The notes: generated from the letters alone by a model not told the origin. Positions 24,404 to 36,740 are shown, counted from the first letter of the stretch. The stretch is DNA of 64,000 bases from Octopus sinensis (GCF_006345805.1 NC_042998.1:88660001-88724000), one strand, 5' to 3'. Numbers and translations: made by a program.

Positions 24404-25231
24404 TGGGCAAAGTTCAGAAAGCTCCTACCCCTACTGGCAACAAAAGGTCTCTCCCTCAGAGCGAAAGGTAGATTGTATGATGCATGTGTGCGAACTGTCA
24501 TGCTTCACGGTAATGAAACATGGGCAGTGACTGCAGAGGACATGCGTAGACTTGAAAGAAATGAAGCTAGCATGATCCGCTGGATGTGTAGTGTCAGTGT
24601 GCACGCAAGACAGAGTGTAAGCATCCTAAGAGAAATGCTGGATATAAGAAGCATCAGATGTGTGCAAGAGCGACGCTTGCGATGGTATGGTCATGTGCTG
24701 CAGATGGATGAAGAGAGATGTGTGAAGAAGTGCCACTCCCAAACAGTTGAAGGTATCAGGGGGAGAGGTAGACCCAGGAAGACATGGGATGAGGTAGTCA
24801 AGCATGACCTCAGAGCATTGGGCCTCACTGAGGCAATGGCGAAAGACCGAGATCTCTGGAGATATGCTGTGACTGCAAAGACCCGGGATGCTTTCTGCAG
24901 CAATTCCACATACCCCCTACCCATTCAAAGTACCCCGGATCCCCAAAGTACCCCGGACCCAGTTTCCCCCGTGCCGCTGGCACGTTAAAAGCTCGAACCG
25001 ATCGCGACCAATGCTGGACCCCCCGGCCCCTGTGCAGGTGGCACGTAAAAAGCACCCAATCCACTCACGGAGTGGTTGGCGTTAGGAAGGGCATCCAGCC
25101 GTAGAAACTCTGCCAAATCAGACTGGAGCCTGGAGCGGCCCCTGGCTTCCCAGACCCCGGTCGAACCGTCCAACCCGTGCTAGCGCGGAAAACGGACGTT
25201 AAACGATGATGATGATGATGATGATGATGAT
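24404..25231 (+). mobile_element. RTE LINE copy C, 3' fragment of a different subfamily
   Basis: ORF WAKFRKLLPLL...RWYGHV...GRPRKTWDEVVKHDL, a distinct 3' UTR and a (GAT)n tail. Confidence 0.9.
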
Positions 25232-25334
25232 ATATATATGTATATTATATATATATATATAATATATATATATATATATTATATATATATATTATATATT
25301 ATATATATATATATTATATATACAGATATGTGTG

Positions 25335-25380
<46 letters not shown>

Positions 25381-25739
25381 TATGTGTGTATATATATATG
25401 TGTATATATATAAATGTGTATATATATATATATATATGTATATTAATATATTTATAAATACATGTATGTATATATATATTAATATATTTATAAATACATG
25501 TATGTGTATATATATATATATATATGTATTAATATATTTATAAATGCATGTATATATTAATATATTTATAAATACATGTATGTATATATATATATATAAC
25601 TTAGAATAACTTAGAAAGGTTTTGGCCAGTATTGGCCCAGGCCATGTCTAACTTAATAGCACCACCTGGCGAAGTCTTTCAATTCAGGATTTGGGCACCA
25701 AGGCCCATTCGAAATATATTTATAAATACATGTATATGT

Positions 25740-25945
25740 CTGGCACCTGTGTCGGTGGCACATAAAATCACCCACTACACTCTCGGAGTGGTTGGCGTTA
25801 GGAAGGGCATCCAGCTGTAGAAACTCTGCCAGATCTGACTGGACTGGTGCAGCCTTCGGGCTCCCCAGACCCCAGTTGAACCGTCCAACCCATGCTAGCA
25901 TGGAAAGCGGACGTTAAATGATGATGATGATGATGATGATGATGA
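25740..25945 (+). mobile_element. RTE 3'-UTR/SINE fragment
   Basis: GGAGTGGTTGGCGTTAGGAAGGGCATCCAG...GCGGACGTTAAATGATGAT. Confidence 0.85.
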
Positions 25946-26274
25946 TATATTAATATATTTATAAATATATGTATGTATGTATATATATAATATATTTATA
26001 AATATATGTATATATATATATTAATATATTATAAATACATGTATGTATATATATATATTAATAATTTATAAATACATGTATGTATATATATATATGTATT
26101 AATATATTTATAAATACATGTAGGTATATATATATATATATTAATATATTTATAAATACATGTATGTATATTATATATATATATATATATATTAATATAT
26201 TATAAATACATGTATGTATATATATTTATATGTATATATATATATATATATATTAATATATTTATAAATACATG

Positions 26275-26301
<27 letters not shown>

Positions 26302-26310
<9 letters not shown>

Positions 26311-26472
26311 GTGAAGGGAAGAAATGGAGCTGAACGAAGATTCTACAGAATTCCTTTTATTATTTTCTACACATGTTTCAAAGGCCGCAAATTCGAAACT
26401 TGAGTAGAAAATAATAAAAGGAATTCTGTAGAATCTTTGTTCAGCTCCATTTCTTCCCTTCACTAAATATAT
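26302..26472. repeat. Near-perfect fold-back: 69-bp arms (26302-26370 and 26404-26472) with a 33-nt spacer
   Basis: Direct comparison shows one mismatch (GAACGAAG vs GAACAAAG). Confidence 0.95.
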
Positions 26473-26615
26473 TAAACTCAATTATCCGCGCTGAGGCACG
26501 GTTGCGACACCCCATGGTCGTAACTTCAACCGTGTTTTTCTGTTGTGATTTTTGCTACCCAGGTATCGGTTAAATTTTGAATAATCCGTAACAAGATAAC
26601 TCATTTATCCATTTC

Positions 26616-26654
<39 letters not shown>

Positions 26655-26844
26655 AATATATTTATAAATACATGTATATATATATATTAATATATTTATA
26701 AATACATGTATATATATATATCTATATATTAATATATTTATAAATACATGTATATATATATATTAATATATTTATAAATACATGTATGTATATATATTTA
26801 TATGTATATATATATATAAAACTATACATAAATATATGTATACT

Positions 26845-27245
26845 CTCTCTTTCCTCTTTTACTTGTTTTAGTTATTTAACTGTGGCCATACTGGAGCACC
26901 ACCTTTAGTCGAGCAAATCGACCCCAGGACTTATTCTTTGTAAGCCTAGTACTTATTCTATCGTTCTCTTTTGCCCAACCGCTAAGTTACGGAGTACGCA
27001 AACACACCAGCATCGGTTGTCAAGCAATGTTGGTTGGACAAACACAGACATAGAAACAGACACACACACATATTATATATACAATGGGCTTCTTTCAGTT
27101 TTCGTCTACCATATCCACTCAGAAGGCTTTGGTTGGCCCGAGGCTATAGTAGAAGACACTTGCACAAGATGCCACGCAGTTTGACTGAACCCGGAACCAT
27201 GTGGTTGGTAAGCAAGCTACTTACCACACAGCCACTCCTATGCCT
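26845..27245 (-). mobile_element. tRNA-derived SINE, same family as 60237-60646
   Basis: The reverse complement gives GCATAGGAGTGGCTGTGTGGTAAGTAGCTTG...CCGGGTTCAGTC... and the shared 3' end. Confidence 0.85.
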
Positions 27246-27527
27246 ATATATATAACTATATATAAATATATGTATATATATATATATATAGTTGTTTTTG
27301 AGTATACATTGTCTGGGAGACTCTTCTAACAGTTGAAGAAATAGCTAAGTTTTTGGCTGCTATTTCTAAAAGTTCGGTATGTGGTAAAGCAAAATTTTTT
27401 TTGCTGAACCCTAATTATATAAAGTAATGTTTAAATTTACCATAAATGGTCCTTTTACATACTGAACACTGCTTGGTGAAATTATTAATTACTAATTAAT
27501 TAATTAATTTTGCCTTTTATTATTATT

Positions 27528-27574
<47 letters not shown>

Positions 27575-27599
27575 ATATATGTATGCATATATGTATATA

Positions 27600-27765
27600 T
27601 ACACTCACGGAGTGGTTGGCGTTAGGAAGGGCATCCAGCCGTAGAAACACTGCCAGATCTGACTGGGCCTGATGAAGCCTTCCAGCTTCACAGACCCCAG
27701 TTGAACCGTCCAACCCATGCTAGCATGGAGAACGGACGCTAAATGATGATGATGATGATGATGAT
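27600..27765 (+). mobile_element. RTE 3'-end fragment
   Basis: Close match to the 3' terminal 165 bp of copies A and B, with a (GAT)n tail. Confidence 0.85.
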
Positions 27766-27844
27766 GTATATGTGTATATATATAATATATATATATATGT
27801 TAATATATTTATAAATACATGTATGTATATATATTTATATGTAT

Positions 27845-27893
<49 letters not shown>

Positions 27894-28064
27894 TATATGT
27901 ATGTATATGTGTATATATATATGTATATGTGTGTATATATATATATACGTATATTTTTTTTGATTTTTATCTAGTTTCAGCTCACAAGCTGTGGCCATGC
28001 TGGGGCACCGCCATTTGGTGTTGCTACATGATTTTACTTCACGAATGCTTTTTAGCAATTGCCA

Positions 28065-29665
28065 TTTGGTGCATGAGAGAGTTCAATGCAGCTGCCCTCA
28101 TCTGCACCTCCTGCCGTGAAGTTGGTTCATCTGGGACGCCTGACAAGAAGAGATTCAGTTTTATTTTAAAACCATCTGCATCCACCCCATGCAGGTCTCT
28201 TAGGTTCTTTGGGAGGATATTGAAGAGCTGTGGACCTCAGAAGCCCAGGCTATCACAGGATCTTGTACTACATCTTGATGGCAAATTTGGAGTCCTTGGC
28301 ACTATGCAGTGGTGCCCAGTACTGGCATTTGTGTAACTCTTGATGCCAAAGTTTGGGACAAGTCCTTCTAGGATCTTCCAGATGTATATTATGGCATATC
28401 TTTCTCGCTTACACTCTAAGGAATAGAATCTCAATCTCTTGAGTCTTTCCCAATAGCTTATATGCTGCACAGAGGCTATCATCTTCGTGTAGCTTCGTTG
28501 GATCGCCTCAAGTTCTGTGATTAACTTGACACTGGATGGTGACCATAGCTGAGAGCAATAGTCAAAGTGGCTTAGGACAAGTGTCCTCCAGAGGACCATC
28601 ATGGTTTCCTGGTCTCTTGTTCTAAAGGTTCTAAGAATCCATCCAGTCAGCTGCCTACATTTCATTGCCAATTTAGCAACATGCACATGAAAGGTTGCAT
28701 CATCACTCATGTAAATACCCAGGTCTCACACTGATTGTGCCTCTGGGATTGCAGTCCCTCCAGGTCCAGTGTATTTATTGGGTATTGCATTTAGTTTTGC
28801 ATGCTGATAGCATAAAGCTTGAAACTTTTCAGCATTGAACTGCACGCTATTCTTTTCAGCCCACTTGTATATTTTGTCCAGCTCACATTGCAGGTGCTTA
28901 TTGTCTTCAGGGTTCTGTATTGCCTGTGAAACTTTTGTATCATCTGCATAACTTGTGATCGTGGCTCTCTGCGTGGCTGAGGGCATGTCTGAGAGGGCCA
29001 TTATGAACAGTAGTGGTCCCAAAACAGTGCTTTGCGGAACACCGCTCACTATTTGCGTGTTAATGGAAGTGGCCCCATTGGCTACTTCCACCTGACTTCT
29101 ATCCTTCAGAAAGTCATGAAGCCATTCTCCCAATTTTCCAACTATGCCAAGATCACGCAGTTTGTGACATATCATTCCATGATCAACTTTATCAAAGGCC
29201 TTTGCAAAGTCGAGATATATGACTTCCACATTTGAGTGGTTGAGCAGTCGTTTCAGCACCCAGTCATAGTGTTGTAGGAGCTGAGTTAAGCAGCTTCTTC
29301 CTGGTCAGAAACCATGTTGAGTGTTAGGCAGCAAGTCATTTTCTTCAAGGAAGGTGATTAGTTTCCTTCTGACTATTCGTTCCATGACCTTGCTGATGTG
29401 TGAGGTCAGAGAGATAGGTCTGTAGTTCTTGGCCTCCGCTCTGCTACCTCCTTTATGAATAGGGCTTATTTTACCTTCCTTCAGTTTTCTTGGAAGTTTG
29501 CCAGTTGCAAGCAAGGAAGCTCTGAAAGAGGAACTGCAGTGGTCTTGCTAGGACTCTCTTACATACTTTTAGAAGGATCACTGGGAATCCATCGGGGCCA
29601 GTGGCTGAGTTTGTTTTCATTTCATCAATAGCCTTTATTACATCATCTTCCTTTATATTGGAAGA
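28065..29665 (-). mobile_element. CR1-group LINE RT fragment, frameshifted
   Basis: Successive ORFs contain ATGPDGFP, NYRPISLTSHISKVMERIV, YLDFAKAFDKVDH, SGVPQSTVLGPLLF, YADDTK and FDYCSQLWSP. Confidence 0.92.
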
Positions 29666-29748
29666 CGATGTAATATGTGTATATCTATATGTATATGTGT
29701 GTATATATATATATATGTATATGTGTATATACATATATATATATATAT

Positions 29749-30037
29749 GTGGAGACGCAATGGCCCAGTGGTTAGGTCGTAGGATCGCCGTTTCGATCCC
29801 CAGACCAGGCGTTGTGAGTGTTTATTGAGCAAAAACACCTAAAGCTCCACGAGGCTCCGGCAGGGGATGGTGGCGATCTCTGCCGTACTCTTTCGCTACA
29901 ACTTTCTCTCACTCTTTCTTCTGTTGGCCTGCTCGCTTAGCCAGTGGGGGTGGCGTCATTTGAAGGCTAAAACAATGCGAAGCGCATTGTGACCAGCGAT
30001 GTGTAGCAACATCTGATAGCCTGGTCAATCACGGTGA
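29749..30037 (+). mobile_element. tRNA-derived SINE, second family
   Basis: A-box-like TGGCCCAGTGG and B-box-like GTTTCGATCCC. A homologue lies on the minus strand at 46845-47150. Confidence 0.8.
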
Positions 30038-30142
30038 TATATATATATATATATATGTATATGTGTATATATATATATGTAATATATATATATATATGTA
30101 TATGTGTATATATATATGTATATGTGTATATATATATATATA

Positions 30143-30175
<33 letters not shown>

Positions 30176-30244
30176 TATATGTATATGTGTATATATATAT
30201 ATGTATATGTGTATATATATATGTATATGTGTATATATATATGC

Positions 30245-30291
<47 letters not shown>

Positions 30292-30292
<1 letters not shown>

Positions 30293-32003
30293 CTCTTATT
30301 ATAAAAGGCAGATTTTATCTGCCTCCCTTTGGGAGTTATAGAAATCTACAATATAGGATTTCTTCAATTACAATTTACCTAGCATTTTTAAGAGTAGAAT
30401 GCATCGTGTCATGCCAGGTCCAGTTTTTTAAATTTAAACTCCAATTAAGCAAAATTTACAGAAAACTCACATTCTGGTGTGTGTGTCAAATGCTTTTCTT
30501 AGTCTGGTTTACACCACACGCAAACGCACACACACAGTGTGCAACGAATAAAATGAAAGTAAATAGCGACAGAGTGATTTGAGGAAGACTAAACTGAAAG
30601 TATTTAGACCACTACTCAAAAAATAAAAAAACACAGCAAACAGAAACAAATAAATACATAACCATTTACTCCTCACACAATTTCTTCAATTAGAATTTAC
30701 CTAAGATTTTTCAGAGTACTTCAGTGGGTGATGCCATAAAAAATTTCTTTCAATTTTGCCACCAATTAAGACAAAATTCGAGAAAACTCAATATTTTAAC
30801 ATATCACTCCGAAAGCATTGATGTACATGTGTGCGTGCGTGAGTGTGTGTGTGTCATTCCTCACACACACGCATACACATATATATACAACTACATACAA
30901 CTACATACACCTACAACTACATACAAACACGTGTGTGTTTGTTATTAGTAAAAAAGGCGCCAAAACTCAACTCACTTATCATTCCAACACATTTGCAAAG
31001 ACACACGGACGGACAGAAAAGGTAAATTGGTTTTTATTTTACTCTGTATATATTTTATTATATAATATTATATATAGATATCATCATCATCATCATCATC
31101 ATCATTTAGCGTCCGTTTTCCATGCTAGCATGGGTTGGACGGTTCAACTGGGGTCTGGGGAGCCCGAAGGCTGCACCAGGCCAGTCAGATCTGGCAGTGT
31201 TTCTACAGCTGGATGCCCTTCCTAACGCCAAATATATAATTGCAGTATGAAACAGTGTTTATGTATAAACAGACGACACTTATATATAGTTACCAAGCCG
31301 CCCGAATTTACCTATTCATATTTAAATGAGAATATCAGAGCAAATCTCTTTAGTACATTCGTGAAAACACGTATTATACTTCGTAAACACTTCAACTACA
31401 GTTTTGTACAAAAATCGAAGTGTAATTTTAATTCCGTGAATTATGGGAGATTTTTTTCCGAAATTTGTTCCTATTGTGTTTTCAAAATTTGTAATTCTGA
31501 CAAAAAATGGATACGAATTTCATTATATCAAGTAGCGAGTCAGAATTCGAAGGATTTTCTACTGAAGACCTTCATAAATCTAACTCTATGACTGAAAAAA
31601 AAAAAGCATCTTTATATAAGAGTGAAGTTGTGTGTCTGTCTACTACGATTTAGATTCCTAACTACTCCCACATTTTGCGGTGCAGTTTAACCAAAAGCGG
31701 GTATCTTATAGTCGTGATTCATATCGAGCCCTTCTGGGTATTAGCGTGCGTCTATGATGAGTCTACGATTTAAAAAAATTTACCATCATGTTTTTCCATT
31801 TTAATGCATTTTTTTTGCTTTTATATAAGGGATGTAACTCTCTAAAAATATCTACGATGTGTCAACGATTTAAAAAAAAATTTACCTGAATTTTTTTTCA
31901 ATTTTTAATGCATTTTTTTGCTATTTTTTGGCTATAACTCTCTAAAAATGCTTATATAGTTATTTCCCTTACAAACCCGAGCAACGCCGGGCGATACTGC
32001 TAG
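30292..32003 (+). mobile_element. Composite non-autonomous Helitron (outer 5' TC at 30292, inner 5' TC at 31609, shared 3' hairpin + CTAG)
   Basis: Inserted between A30291 and T32004. The 3' end is CCCGAGCAACGCCGGG (hairpin 31976-31991), 8 nt, then CTAG. The two starts are TCTCTTATTATAAAAGG and TCTTTATATAAGAGTG. Confidence 0.7.
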
Positions 32004-32004
32004 T

Positions 32005-32184
32005 GCATATATATATACACATATGCATATATATATACACATATGCATATATATATATACACATATACATATATATATACACATATACATATATATATAT
32101 ATACACATATACATATATATATATATATCACCGTGATTGACCAGGCTATCAGATGTTGCTACACATCGCTGGTCACAATGCGCT
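32005..32184 (-). repeat. Inverted copy of 29981-30037 plus its patterned microsatellite
   Basis: 32128-32184 is the exact reverse complement of 29981-30037 (57 bp). Confidence 0.95.
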
Positions 32185-32300
32185 AGATATGAAAATTGAC
32201 AAAGTATAGTACAACAGTTTTGCGATGGAATGGTGAATCTACTTTCTCATTCTCAGAAAATGAAACGTTTTGGACTCACGACACATTTAAATAATAGCAA

Positions 32301-32373
<73 letters not shown>

Positions 32374-32496
32374 GAGATAGTTGCTATTATTTAAATGTGT
32401 TGTGAGTCCAAAACGTTTCTTTTTCTGAGAATGAGAAAGTAGATTCACCATTCCATCGCAAAACTGTTGTACTATACTTTGTCAATTTTCATATCT
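32185..32496. repeat. 124-bp inverted repeat (32185-32308 and 32373-32496) around (CT)n(AT)n
   Basis: Two mismatches by eye. Confidence 0.95.
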
Positions 32497-32627
32497 TGGC
32501 ATCTGAATCAGTTGGATATACAATAGCCTGACCAAAAGTACCGGCTATTGCAAGCAAAAATTAATATTGAAAAAAAAAATGCTTTTGACCAAATTTGGAC
32601 ATACAATAGATTACCAATAACAATGAT
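32378..32627. mobile_element. Shorter copy of the putative MITE at 62302-62697
   Basis: Shares TTTCATATCTTGGCATCTGAA.CAG.TGGA...CGGCTATTGCAAG...CCAAATTTGGACATA with the 62-63 kb copies. Confidence 0.55.
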
Positions 32628-33399
32628 ATATATATATATATACATATATATATGCATAAATTCTATTTGAGTGAAGAAATGAATGAAATATTGTAAATAG
32701 AATTATGAGCTTTCACTGAATATTGACTACAGAAAATAGTCTCATATTAGGGCATTTAAGTGCCTGTAATGGAGACACCAACACAGCCACTCTTTTTTTC
32801 CTGTTAAGTTTGGGGGAAATATGATTTCTTTGTGGTAAATGTGTAAACCTGTGCAAATTCTGTGTGAATTAGGAAATTTTGGCAATTTAAAAATAAATTA
32901 TTAGCCTTCACCACTTTCCAATCCCTTGGTTTGGGGTTCACTTCCACTGCATGACTCCTTGGGCAGCTGTGTTCTATTATAGTGCTGGACTGACCAAAGC
33001 CCTGTAAGTAGATTTGGTAGTCAGAAATTTATAGAAGTTCACCACACAAACGCACATACACACCGCACAAACATATGTATCTATATATGTATGTGTGTGT
33101 GTAGTGATATTGTGTAATTGTTGTAAACCAGTCACCAGTGGTATTTGTTTCCAACCTCCTGTGTTCAGCCTTGCAAAAATATTACCTTATTTGGAAACAG
33201 GCAAGGGTTGGCAAGAGGAAGGGCATCTGTCTAGAAAATCTGCTTCAGCAAATTCCATTGGACTTATGTGAGTATGCAAAAGTGGAAGTTAAATGATGAT
33301 GATGATGATATGTTGTTAGATTTGTATATTTCAATGTATATTAATCATATATTAATCAAAGATTTGGATACATATATTTAATTTACTTATTTTCTGCAG

Positions 33400-33534
33400 A
33401 TTTTAGATCCTATATGTCACCAGTTATTTGAATTCTTTCGGTCTAAAGAATTAGAACTACAACGCTTCACTTTTGAATTCATTCCTACATTGACATGGCT
33501 ATATTTGTCAATGGTGACAAGCAATGAGAAAAAG
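33400..33534 (+). CDS. HYCC (FAM126): Hyccin coding exon 3: ILDPICHQLFEFFRSKELELQRFTFEFIPTLTWLYLSMVTSNEKK
   Basis: Acceptor TTTTCTGCAG and donor GTATGT, 135 nt, phase 0/0. Strong match to human [36 protein letters not shown]. Confidence 0.95.
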
Positions 33535-35659
33535 GTATGTATAATATTCAATTTTCAAAAAAAACAAAACAAAAAAAACCCCCCCGATACTTTTACCTTT
33601 GTATAAATTATGTACAATGATGATACAACATTTTTTTTTACCCTATGAGAACATGTACTGTTGCTTAATGAAATATCTCAAACACTGAATATATCATGCA
33701 TGCATTGGCCATGTTTGGGCTATTAAGAAAAAAACCCCATAAGAATTGTTTCTTTCACAAAGTTAGATAGAACTTAAGGATTTGTTTTTATGTTGTCTAC
33801 AGCCTAAATTTCCTTTATACAAGAGAACTTTATTTCCAGTCTCTGTAATCACCATTTTTAAGTGATTATTTTCACTCTCAGTGATTTATTTATCTAATTG
33901 ATTTGAGACATTTGTTCTTTATCTCTTGATACATTTCCTGTCTTTCTGAAGATGATGTTCATGTGAACATTGTCAAACTTCCTCATTGGGACATTAATGC
34001 CTATAGCTTTTACCACTGACTTAAATTGCTTCAGCTTTTATATACAGATTATTTGAGACCAATTTATCTTTCTCAGATGATTTCTATTTAACCTTGTAGA
34101 CATTGAGGTTGAAAGATTGGCAAGCTTCTTTTTCACATTGGGTGGTGTGGTTGCTGAGCTACATATTTGTTTTGACCAGATACATTATTAATTCTATGTT
34201 GTGTTACTGTCTGAGAAAATTGTAATAATCACACTTACACTCTGGATGAATTCCACATTATTTGTGAAGCAAAGTTCCTGTATATTGTAACCTGTGGTTG
34301 AAAAGCAGGCCATTTGTTCTGTGAACTGCATACTTTTGAAGTTAAACAGACTATGCCTGCCTGTGTTCATGCTGTGTTGTTTCTGTGAGTATGTTGCACT
34401 CTTGTTATAGGAAAATGGGGAGGTTGAAGCCACCAAATAGGTATTCTGGTTAACCCTGGCCGATACTTCTTTCATTAAAAAATTTTTGTGTCATGATTTC
34501 ATGCATCTGATGGGTGAGATATCAAGTTACTATGACATGTTACAGTATATGTACTGTGAGTGAGTTACAGATGGAGTTTAACTTCTCTGTAGTTATGAAT
34601 CTGATATATTTTCTTTTGAATGTGCCCCTATCAGTGCTGTGCATTTAAAAAAATCTTTTAGTCTTTAAGAGGTAAGGGTAGTACTTATAGCCTTTTTTTA
34701 GGGTTCCTGAAACTCACCAGAGGGTGGGAAGAAAGCATCCTTAAGCCAGAGACCAGGCCTAATCGCTTGCAACAGAGTAGATTCTGATAGAAACGCTCTA
34801 GAGCCAGGTGGTAGTTATTAAATCTATCACTCAAATAGGCTAATGTTGGGTTTGACCTCAGAACACAAAGAAATGGAATAAATACCACAAAACATCTTCC
34901 TGACACTTTCCTTGCTACTTTTTTTAGTGACCCTAAAAAATGAAAGGTAGAATTGTCTTCACCTAGATTTGAATTCAGAATGTAAGGTGCCAGTGATTCT
35001 CAAGCTCTTGTAACTCAGTGTTTCTTTTAAATCAAATGGAATTTTTACAAATGTGCAAAAAGAAGAAAAAAATAAAAACAAAAGCAGATTATTTTGATCA
35101 AACAGAAGCTAATTTTGTGCAGTGGTTTGTCATCAGTCATGTTTCTGCTCTCTTAACATATCTTACTAATATTCTAAACCTGATAAAGTTTTTTTTAATG
35201 CATTTTACCTGATCTACATACTTTATTTCTAAAACTAGTTATAACCTTCTCTCATAGCAACCTGCTAACATTTACCAGTCCTCTGTGTAAACTCACAATA
35301 ACCTCTGTTCCCCAAGAGTGCACTACCATTCAGCTTGAGAACCAGTGCTCCAGCAATCCTACCTAGTCACTGCTTTGATTGTATATGGCAAAGTCTCAAA
35401 AGAATAGTATGATCTTTGGATATTTAAGAATACAAATAGTGTTTGATATGAAATCATGTTTGCAGTGATCATCCTGGGTTGTAGATAATCCATTGTGTCT
35501 AGGTTATTTACTGACCTGTTCCCTGAACCAAATACAAAACGTTTCTGTGTTGTTCTCTTGCCATGTCTTACCTCACAGCGAAGCATGCTACCTGTTCCAT
35601 TTCTCTGAGAAACATCCTCATTTGAGTTTATATATCTATTAAATCGATACATAGACATC

Positions 35660-36740
35660 ATTTGAGTCTATGTATCTATTAAAGACTTACACTAGGCCCT
35701 CTCATAATGCAAGCCACTTAAGGCAGCAATTTTCTTCTGGCATGGTCAGCTTGACATATTTCTTTCTGTTCCTGTTCAAGTGATCCTCATGCATTCTAAG
35801 TCTTCTCGAAATGTCTGGCATTAGGTGTTCTTAGGTAGAGTCTTTTCCTGTTTGCTTACTTTTGGTGTCCATGTCATTAGTTCCTTTGCATGCCAAGTGA
35901 CTAGCAAGTGCAAAATGTAACCTGCCAGGTGAAAGTGATGTAGTACCACAATGTTTAGAAGTCTTTGGTATTTGCTATAGAAAAGGATTTTCTCATTTGT
36001 AATCCTTGAAGAACTTCTGTAAGCATCATTATTTGAATATGTACAACTTCTTGGCTACCTTCACTGACATTTTCCCTGTTTTACTGTCATATAGAACCAT
36101 TGGTGGAACTGTTGTACTATATAGTTGACCCTTCACATCAGTAGAAATACCTTTTGTTGCTCAGATTTGATGCATAAGCTAGAATAAGGCCCATGCTTGG
36201 CTGGTTCAGATGTTCATATCACTTTCTGTTCTTTCATCAATACTAATCACAGTTTCCATGAAGGAAAAATTGCCTACATTTTCCAGTCTCTTATCTAATG
36301 AAGACAGAAGGTTATGCTGGGATATTAATCTGTATCACTGATCTTTTCACAGGCAGTTCTGAGTCTGATATTTTATTCTTTGTTCTTTGAGTTTGGCAGT
36401 TAGTTCTTGCAGCCCAGCTCTTGTTATTTATTACCTGTTGTTTGATGCCATTAGCAAAGGCCAACTCACAAAACTTTTCCATACCCTTCCAATGCATTCT
36501 TGCAGCACTTTCATCAGTTATCTTCTTCACAAAGCCAACTGCTTGCAGAAAGAGAACAAGAGAATGTAGCTCTGATGAATGCCAATAATGATGTTAAAGT
36601 GTCTGTCTTAACACAGCAGCTACAGTCCTTGTACTTGTTCTTGAGAGTGTTGTGATAAGCTTGAGTGATCTTCTATAGTGATTGCCTATGGATGCTGTCA
36701 AAGTTGAAGTCCATGAAGATGACTGAGAAGGCCTGCTAGA
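35660..36740 (-). mobile_element. Ancient, highly degraded RTE-like RT relic
   Basis: Minus-strand frames give IFMDFNFDSIHRQSL (cf. FIDFEKAFDSVHR) and GMEKFCELAFANGI (cf. LEDLDFADDL) among many stops. Confidence 0.5.

Larger units (their letters stand above)
25430..26820. repeat. AT-rich minisatellite, unit (TA)n-TTAATATATTTATAAATACATGTATG, interrupted by insertions
   Basis: The unit recurs many times here and again at about 27790-27835. Confidence 0.9.

Noticed and set aside
29967-30582. YI/IY/CV-repeat ORFs here and at 16347, 25238, 27720, 38506 and 49291
   Set aside because: These are translations of (TA)n/(TG)n microsatellites.
33880-34480. Possible degraded integrase-like coding relic on the minus strand
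   Set aside because: Only a vague motif (PMRKFDNVHMNI) amid stops, not supportable without a profile search.
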